Source: Minisyncoccia bacterium (GTDB taxonomy: Bacteria > Patescibacteriota > Minisyncoccia > Phycocordibacterales > UBA918). Taken from it: a stretch of DNA of 64,000 nt. A program made the position numbers and the translations under genes. The notes below the pieces were generated by a model. It ran no database searches and was not told where the DNA came from. It was given only the letters and a program-made list of their open reading frames with translations. Shown here in pieces: positions 57,265 through 64,000 of the stretch. Each line of letters opens with the position of its first letter. Within the stretch, counting starts at the first letter, position 1. The stretch spans positions 65,794-129,793 of the forward strand of contig JBGSYZ010000011.1 of NCBI GenBank assembly GCA_041750655.1. The letters are read 5' to 3'.

Positions 57265-57490
57265 CCTGCGCACGCGTATAAAAATGAGCATCCTTTGGAT
57301 GCCATTTTTATTGCGTGTGCCGGGAGTACGAGACTAATGTCTCGTACGGCTGGATTCGAAGCTCCGGACGATGTTTTGAGAGCTTCATAGCTAGCAAAAC
57401 GAGGAGGAGCCGTCCAAGAAACCGAGCCTAGTTTATGAACGTAGTGAAATAAAATAGCCGGTATTCGGGGACGAAGGAAGCCGGCACACA
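57265..57490 (+). repeat. tRNA-Tyr-derived structured element B
   Basis: GTGTGCCGGG-[hairpin]-GGCTGGATTCGAA antisense to the tRNA 3' end; ends AGCCGGCACAC. Confidence 0.8.
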
Positions 57491-57622
57491 AATTATATAC
57501 TCCCATTTTGGAGAATTTAAAATTGGCTTTAATTACGTATTGTATGAGTTAACGTCATTCTCAACTTCTTGCCAATTGCTTAAGACTATGCCAATAATAG
57601 CCGCAGAGAAGGGAGAACGAAA

Positions 57623-58144
57623 ATGAATATAAGGATTGTGGGCGCTAGCCTTCTGGTATTCGTGTGCAGCTGTGCTGTGCCAGACCAAAAACCATTTGAC
57701 TACCCGCCCAAGGAGGCTCGATCCTGCTTGGCAAAAAGTTTAACCACTATGAAGGAGGACCCCAAAAACGCGCTTACGATTTTTGATGTGCCTAGCCTGT
57801 CTGCAAAAATTCGTAAGTATAGCCAAAACGAGGACATTACCGACGAACAAGTTGCTATCGAACTCGTGGCTATGGTATCTAAATACCAAAACGATTTACC
57901 ACGGTTGCTGCCCCCAGGCTTGATACATGTTTCAATGTACACTTCTATGAGTGATAACACGTATACTATGCAAGCCAATGTACCAGTACACACGGCAAAC
58001 AAAAAACAATTCCTGGTGACGTTGGTTCCCACAAACAATTCTTGTCGCCTGAAGGAGATGACTATAAACGGTTTCTCGTTTTCAGCACTAATTGCTGGAG
58101 TTTTAGCACCAGCTGATGATTACGAGAACTTTTATCATGACTAA
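57623..58144 (+). CDS. Orphan predicted lipoprotein
   Basis: Lipobox-like VCSC; GGGAG SD; terminator 58156-58190. Confidence 0.7.
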   Translation: MNIRIVGASLLVFVCSCAVPDQKPFDYPPKEARSCLAKSLTTMKEDPKNALTIFDVPSLSAKIRKYSQNEDITDEQVAIELVAMVSKYQNDLPRLLPPGLIHVSMYTSMSDNTYTMQANVPVHTANKKQFLVTLVPTNNSCRLKEMTINGFSFSALIAGVLAPADDYENFYHD

Positions 58145-58207
58145 GTACTTATGAAAATCGCCGGCAGCCCATGGGCTGCCGGCGATTATTCTTTAGTAGG
58201 ATTTAAC

Positions 58208-60916
58208 TTACGCAGCGACCGGAGTCTTCTTCCTGGCTACACTCTTTCTCGGTGCTGCTTTTCTTTTTTGACCTTTCTTTTTTATATCAAAGACAAGTTC
58301 TTTTTTGTCTTTATCCATACTAACTTTAACTGTCCCACCTTGGAGCATACCTTGCCCAACCATCATATTAGCTACTGGTGTCAGGATTTTGCTTTGAATA
58401 AGACGACGCAGTGGCCGTGCTCCGTACTTTGGTTCGTAACCTTCTGTGGCCAAATACTCCCGCACATCCGCTCCGACTGTCAGAGCAATCTCCTTCTTAG
58501 CCAGACGCTGTGCTACTTCATCAATTTGCATTCTTACAATTTCGTTGATGGTTTCTGGAGAGAGAATATCGAAGATGATAATTTCATCGAGTCGATTAAG
58601 GAATTCCGGACGGAAGTACTCTTTAAGGCTTTCAAGGACTTTATCCTTGGCTTGTACATACTGACTGGTGTCATCATTAACTTCAGAGAAACCGAAGTTG
58701 GACATCCGATCAATATGTTGCGCTCCGATGTTGGATGTCATAATAATAATGGTATTTTTGAAGTTCACCTTTCTCCCTTTAGCGTCAGTAAGATGCCCAG
58801 AATCAAGCACTTGGAGAAGTATATTAAATACTTCGGGGTGAGCCTTCTCAATCTCATCAAACAGAATCACTGAATACGGACGGTGTCGGACTTGTTCGGT
58901 AAAGTGACTGCTCTCATCGTGGCCAACATAGCCTGGTGGAGAACCAATTATTTTCGATACTGAGTGACGTTCCATGTATTCACTCATATCCACCCGTACC
59001 AATGCGTCACGATCATCGAACATAAACTCAGCCAAGGCCCGCGATAGTTCAGTCTTCCCCACTCCAGTAGGACCTAGGAATAAGAACGAGCCAATTGGGC
59101 GATTTGGGTCAGCGATACCAGCGCGTGAGCGCTTTACGGCGTCAGAAATACGCTTAATAGCATCCTTTTGTCCGACTACCTTTTCAGTCAAATCTTCTTC
59201 CATGCGTGAAAGCTTCTTTGCTTCCTCTTCCAGCATACGTGCCACTGGCACGCCAGTCCAACGAGATACTACACCGGCAATGTCTTCCTCGGTAATCTCT
59301 TCTTTGAGAAGTCGGTGTGAACGTTGTACTTTTTGCAGCTTCTTCATCTTGGCTTCCATATCTTTCTCTACTTGAGGAATGGTGTCGTAACGAATTTCAG
59401 CAGCGCGAGTAAGGTCGGCCATCGCTTCTGCAGTCTCCGCTTCCTGGCGAAGACCCTCGAGTTCTTTCTTAAGAGTACGGATACCTTCAAGCGCTTCACG
59501 CTCGTTGTTCCATTTAGTTTCAATGGCTGAAGTTTTTTCTTTATACTCCCCTATTTCAGTATCTATTTCTTTGATGCGGTCTTTGAGTTTTTTCTTATCT
59601 TTAACTGTTTCAACATCTTTCTTTAGGGCTTCTTTTTCAATCTCAAGTCGACGGATCTGTCGATCAGCAGCGACCAACTCTTCTGGTTTATTTTCTAATG
59701 AGATACGTAAAGCTGAAGCCGCTTCATCAATAAGATCTACTGCTTTGTCGGGCAAGAAACGATCAGTGATATAGCGTGCAGAGAGATTAACCGCCGATAC
59801 GATAGCGTCGTCAGTAATACGCACCCCATGAAAGAGTTCGTACTTTTCGGCAATACCGCGGAGAATTGCTACTGCGTCATCGATCGATGGTTCATTTACA
59901 AACACGGGTTGGAAACGGCGAGTCAAAGCTGGGTCCCGTTCGATGTGTTTTTGATATTCCTTAAGCGTGGTAGCACCAATTACTCGCATTTCACCGCGAG
60001 CCAAGGCTGGTTTCAACATGTTACTAGCATCCATTGAACCTTCAGCTGCACCAGCACCCACAATGGTGTGAAGTTCATCAATAAAAAGTATTACCTGCCC
60101 CGCCGCTTGCTCCACTTCTTTCATAACTGTCTTAAGTCGTTCTTCAAACTCACCCCGAAACTTTGTGCCAGCGATAAGTAGTCCAAGGTCTAGGGAAAGA
60201 ATTTCTTTTTCTTTCATGGTTTCTGGCACTTGACCTTGCACGATAAATTGCGCTAAGCCTTCAGCAATAGCAGTCTTGCCTACTCCGGCCTCACCAATCA
60301 AAACAGGATTGTTTTTAGTACGTCGAGACAAAATTTGAATTACTCGTTGAATTTCCAAATCACGACCGATGACTGGGTCAAGTTTGTTTTCTTGGGCCAG
60401 CTTGGTGAGATTTCGAGCATATTTTGTGAGACTACGATATTTCTTTGGTTGCTGTACGTCACTTACATTGTTTTCACGTACTTCTTGAAGCACATTGGTC
60501 ACTTGTCGTTTGTCGACTCCGGTTCGTTGCAGAATTTCGATAGCGGGACCAGGGTATTCAAGAGCACCAATAAAGAGGTGTTCTACTCCGACATATGAGT
60601 CACCCAACTCTTCAGCAGCACGACTCGCGTGTTCGAGAGACTTAGCCAAATCAGGAGTAAGGTAGAGTTGGTAGGATTGCGAAACAGTACCGCTGATGTC
60701 CTCACCTTCAAGACTTTCAAGGAGCAAATCAGTAAACGCAATAATATCAATATCAAGTCTATCAAGTATAGAAATCACCATACTTTCGTCTTGCATAGCA
60801 AGAGCCGCCAGTAAATGTACTGGGCTAACATGATTTTGGCCGCGCTCAATAGCCAGTTCGTGGGCTTTACGAATTGCCTCTTTGGCGCGGGATGTAAAAC
60901 TAGAGAAACTAGGCAT
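58208..60916 (-). CDS. clpB: ClpB/ClpC-family AAA+ chaperone
   Basis: GEAGVGKT and GPTGVGKT Walker A motifs, long coiled-coil M domain. Confidence 0.95.
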   Translation of the reverse strand: MPSFSSFTSRAKEAIRKAHELAIERGQNHVSPVHLLAALAMQDESMVISILDRLDIDIIAFTDLLLESLEGEDISGTVSQSYQLYLTPDLAKSLEHASRAAEELGDSYVGVEHLFIGALEYPGPAIEILQRTGVDKRQVTNVLQEVRENNVSDVQQPKKYRSLTKYARNLTKLAQENKLDPVIGRDLEIQRVIQILSRRTKNNPVLIGEAGVGKTAIAEGLAQFIVQGQVPETMKEKEILSLDLGLLIAGTKFRGEFEERLKTVMKEVEQAAGQVILFIDELHTIVGAGAAEGSMDASNMLKPALARGEMRVIGATTLKEYQKHIERDPALTRRFQPVFVNEPSIDDAVAILRGIAEKYELFHGVRITDDAIVSAVNLSARYITDRFLPDKAVDLIDEAASALRISLENKPEELVAADRQIRRLEIEKEALKKDVETVKDKKKLKDRIKEIDTEIGEYKEKTSAIETKWNNEREALEGIRTLKKELEGLRQEAETAEAMADLTRAAEIRYDTIPQVEKDMEAKMKKLQKVQRSHRLLKEEITEEDIAGVVSRWTGVPVARMLEEEAKKLSRMEEDLTEKVVGQKDAIKRISDAVKRSRAGIADPNRPIGSFLFLGPTGVGKTELSRALAEFMFDDRDALVRVDMSEYMERHSVSKIIGSPPGYVGHDESSHFTEQVRHRPYSVILFDEIEKAHPEVFNILLQVLDSGHLTDAKGRKVNFKNTIIIMTSNIGAQHIDRMSNFGFSEVNDDTSQYVQAKDKVLESLKEYFRPEFLNRLDEIIIFDILSPETINEIVRMQIDEVAQRLAKKEIALTVGADVREYLATEGYEPKYGARPLRRLIQSKILTPVANMMVGQGMLQGGTVKVSMDKDKKELVFDIKKKGQKRKAAPRKSVARKKTPVAA

Positions 60917-61028
60917 AATTCAGGGTCTTAAATCCATTATACGTCACATCTCTCGGACGGTCAGTAAAATCCGTGACTAACTCTTTCAAATCTCAAAATC
61001 AGGAGAATGTAACTCCTCTATATTGCAA

Positions 61029-62246
61029 TTATTTACTGGCTAAGTCAAATTTTTGCATCTTCTCGATATGTTCTGTGAGGACCTTAATGACAGTGTCGAT
61101 TTCTTGTTTGTTGGAGGTTTCGCCGAGCGTAAAGCGGAGGGTGGAGGTGGCGCGGGCGGCGTCGCCGGATATGGCTTTTACCACCCTGCTCTGCCCGCCG
61201 CCCGCGCCACTACAAGCACTCTTGGTACTGGCGGCAATACTATGCTCATCAAGAACCACGGCGGCAAATTCAGTATCGAGACCAGGAATAGAAATATTTA
61301 TATTATTGGCAACCCGTTCTTCTACACTTCCATTCACTATTGCTTCCGGTATTTCTGTACTCAGTTTTTCAAAAAAATATTTTTGCAGTTCTTTTATTCC
61401 TTCACTGCGACGTTCATAGTTTTCTTGCGCAATTGTAAGTGCCACCTGAAATCCTACAATCGGTGCCGGATTTTCAGTACCGGGTCGCAAACCTACTTCT
61501 TGACCACCACCGTAAGTAATTGGCGCTAGAGTTACTCCATGTCGGTGCGCTAACGCGCCGACCCCTTTCGGCCCATAAAACTTCCCCGCGTCGAGCGTCA
61601 AAATATCCGCCCCGATTTTCTCCAGCTGACAATTCATCCACAACGGCGCTTGGGCCCCATCTACTACTAATACTGCATTACTTCTCTTTTCTTTCATTAT
61701 CCGCTTCAACGCCCGCGTTGGTTGCACAATACCAATTTCACTATTAATAAGAGCGGTGGCAACTACTGCAGTTTTTTCATTGAGTAACTTTTCAAATTCT
61801 GCCATCACAATCAGACCACTTTCATCAACTGGGGTTTCATGCACAATGACACCACGCGACGAGAGGGCGCGGCAGGTATCCAATAACGACGGATGCTCCA
61901 GACTGGTTGTAATCACTTCCATGTCTTCATATTTTACCCCTTTGGTTCGCAAGGCTTCTACCACGCCTACTACTGCCAAATTATTAGCTTCAGTGCCGCC
62001 ACTGGTAAATAGTACGTCTTCAGTTCGTATCTGGAGTAGCCGAGCCACTTTCTCTCGAGCTTCTTCAATCAGCCGACGAGCTCTCTGCCCCTCTTTGTGG
62101 ATGCCGCTGGCGTTACCAAAAACATCGCGGTAAATCGGCCGCATTGCTTCCCACACTTCGTGGCGCAGCGGAGTGGCTGCGGCATAATCCATGTAGATTC
62201 TGTCGCCTTCATGATGCTCACCAAAAATCCGTTGTAGAAAATTCAT
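61029..62246 (-). CDS. iscS: Cysteine desulfurase
   Basis: YMDYAAATP, FTSGGTEANN, KFYGPKG, SACS. Confidence 0.93.
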   Translation of the reverse strand: MNFLQRIFGEHHEGDRIYMDYAAATPLRHEVWEAMRPIYRDVFGNASGIHKEGQRARRLIEEAREKVARLLQIRTEDVLFTSGGTEANNLAVVGVVEALRTKGVKYEDMEVITTSLEHPSLLDTCRALSSRGVIVHETPVDESGLIVMAEFEKLLNEKTAVVATALINSEIGIVQPTRALKRIMKEKRSNAVLVVDGAQAPLWMNCQLEKIGADILTLDAGKFYGPKGVGALAHRHGVTLAPITYGGGQEVGLRPGTENPAPIVGFQVALTIAQENYERRSEGIKELQKYFFEKLSTEIPEAIVNGSVEERVANNINISIPGLDTEFAAVVLDEHSIAASTKSACSGAGGGQSRVVKAISGDAARATSTLRFTLGETSNKQEIDTVIKVLTEHIEKMQKFDLASK

Positions 62247-62344
62247 AAGTCAGAATAATGACACATTTGTAGCGTTTAAGCTAGATTATGGTATACTCGC
62301 GCTACATAAATAACGCCATACGGGCGTTATTACTAATTATAAAA

Positions 62345-63844
62345 ATGGCCAAGAAAAAAACTGCTGAACCAAATATCATCAAACGCCCACCGATTGTCGT
62401 CATCATGGGTCATATTGATCATGGCAAATCTACTCTTTTAGACTTTATTCGTAAGTCTAATGTCGTTGAGGGTGAAGCTGGCGGCATTACGCAACACCTT
62501 TCTGCGTATGAAGTGGAACATACCACTAGTGAGGGTTCTAAAGAAAAAATCACCTTTCTTGATACGCCGGGTCACGAAGCCTTTCAAAAGATGCGTTTAC
62601 GTGGAGCTGATGTAGCGGATATTGCTATTTTGATTGTCTCAGCCGAAGACGGCGTAAAGCCACAAACTCTCGAAGCTCTAAAATCAATCCAGAACGCCAA
62701 CATTCCATATATTGTGGCGATAAACAAAATCGACAAACCTGGTGCTGATTTAGTGCGAACGCAATCAAGTCTAATTGAAAATCAAATCTACATTGAAGGC
62801 ATGGGAGGCGACATCCCGTGGGTGGCGATATCAGCCAAAAGCGGCCAGGGAGTAGATGAACTTCTCGACACAGTGGTGTTAGCTGCTGATCTAGCTGAAC
62901 TAACTGGAGATACCAATGCACCGGCTGAGGGGTTAGTAATTGAAGGCCATATCGATAAACAACGAGGTACCACTGCTACTTTGATTGTCAGAAACGGCAC
63001 CCTTAAAAGTGGGATGTTTGTTGTATCCGGTCAAACCTACGCTCCCACTCGGATTATGGAAGACTATACTGGTAAATCTATCAAGGAAGCTGGTTTATCT
63101 ACACCAGTAGGTATTGTTGGATTTACTGAAATACCAAAAGCCGGAGCTTCTTTTACAGTGGCTGCATCTAAAAAAGAAGCGGAAGTAATGGCCAGTGAAG
63201 CTGAGAGTAATACACCTGAAAGCACCAGACATACGAGTAACCTGCCGATTGTGCCAATCATGATTAAGGCTGATGTACTTGGAAGCCTTGACGCTATCAA
63301 GCACGAACTTGATAAATTTGAATCTGACCGTATTTCTATTCGCGTTATTGGTGCCACTGTGGGCGATGTTTCCGCTTCAGATGTACAAGATGTAAGTGCA
63401 ACTAAAAACTCCATTATCGTTGGTTTTAATGTAAAAGTAGAGCGAGCAGCCACTGACCTAGCCGAGCGTCTCGGCGTTGAAATTGATACATTTGATATTA
63501 TTTACGAACTATCTGATTGGCTTAATACGGCCTTGAAGAACCGTACTCCTAAACGCGAAGAAAAGGTCATGACTGGACGGGCCAAAATTCTCAAACACTT
63601 TAGTACTCAGAAAAACACTCATGTGCTTGGAGGTCGGGTAGAAGAAGGTGAACTTAAAGCTAATCAAGTTGTTCGTATTCTACGTCGTGATATAGAAGTG
63701 GGAACGGGTACGCTTAAAAATGTTCAGCAACAAAAATCTGACACTCAAAAAGTAACTGACGGTGAGTTTGGTATGCAGATAGACTCGAAAGTCGAGCTCG
63801 CTCCAGGTGATTATATAGAGGCTTTTGATATTGTTATCACTTAA
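62345..63844 (+). CDS. infB: Translation initiation factor IF-2 (short CPR form)
   Basis: MGHIDHGKST, DTPGHEAF, NKID. Confidence 0.97.
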   Translation: MAKKKTAEPNIIKRPPIVVIMGHIDHGKSTLLDFIRKSNVVEGEAGGITQHLSAYEVEHTTSEGSKEKITFLDTPGHEAFQKMRLRGADVADIAILIVSAEDGVKPQTLEALKSIQNANIPYIVAINKIDKPGADLVRTQSSLIENQIYIEGMGGDIPWVAISAKSGQGVDELLDTVVLAADLAELTGDTNAPAEGLVIEGHIDKQRGTTATLIVRNGTLKSGMFVVSGQTYAPTRIMEDYTGKSIKEAGLSTPVGIVGFTEIPKAGASFTVAASKKEAEVMASEAESNTPESTRHTSNLPIVPIMIKADVLGSLDAIKHELDKFESDRISIRVIGATVGDVSASDVQDVSATKNSIIVGFNVKVERAATDLAERLGVEIDTFDIIYELSDWLNTALKNRTPKREEKVMTGRAKILKHFSTQKNTHVLGGRVEEGELKANQVVRILRRDIEVGTGTLKNVQQQKSDTQKVTDGEFGMQIDSKVELAPGDYIEAFDIVIT

Positions 63845-63845
63845 T

Positions 63846-64000
63846 ATGCTGGGAGAAAAAAATACTAATGATCGACACATCCGCGTGGCTTCACTCATCA
63901 AAGAATTGGTAGCGACTTTTATCCAACAAGAAGCTAACACGGATCCCATGATTACTGTCACCCGTGTCGACATTGCTCCAGATTATCGTAATGCCACAGT
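63846..64000 (+). CDS. rbfA: Ribosome-binding factor A (partial)
   Basis: RVASLIKELVATFI...ITVTRVDIAPDYRNAT, directly after infB. Confidence 0.85.
   Translation, partial: MLGEKNTNDRHIRVASLIKELVATFIQQEANTDPMITVTRVDIAPDYRNAT

Noticed and set aside
58151-58873. 240-aa plus-strand ORF and similar long antisense ORFs over groEL, topA and iscS
   Set aside because: Shadow frames opposite well-conserved genes.
1-64000. Genetic code 25 (TGA=Gly)
   Set aside because: rnj, topA and miaA end at TGA at expected lengths, and genes are intact under code 11.

Overview
Chromosomal window of a Patescibacteria (CPR) genome, most likely Parcubacteria/Paceibacteria (Kaiserbacteria-like). This is inferred from the gene repertoire (CPR-type pilin fusions, Gmad2, short IF-2, short Rel, many leaderless genes); TGA is used as stop. 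Housekeeping genes include groESL, secG, rnj, mutY, dnaX, dus, serS, dprA, topA, rel, parB, miaA, clpB, iscS, infB and rbfA, plus four tRNAs (Gln-TTG, Leu-CAA, Trp-CCA, Tyr-GTA). No rRNA, integrase, transposase or CRISPR-Cas was seen. Five unusual signals stand out. (1) A family of ~160-230 bp folded non-coding elements is anchored on tRNA 3' ends (Gln x3, Trp x2, Tyr x2). Each carries an antisense copy of the tRNA end or of its own left boundary, sometimes also a direct copy, shows covarying hairpins, and alternates with self-contained orphan genes, like an integrase-less cassette array. Related hairpin inserts sit at protein-gene ends, and one duplicates the first 10 codons of a GH1 gene. 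(2) A low-GC locus joins an ATP-grasp ligase, a MATCAP/DUF1704-type peptidase and an unannotated 30-aa acidic peptide ending in DDDY, reminiscent of the tubulin tyrosination/detyrosination cycle. (3) A Ser-rich leader peptide with terminator/antiterminator potential lies upstream of serS. (4) About 15 dispersed promoter-SD-ORF-terminator mini-cassettes contrast with the mostly leaderless core genes. (5) Two pilins are fused to peptidoglycan hydrolases. All calls are by eye; no database searches or folding programs were run.
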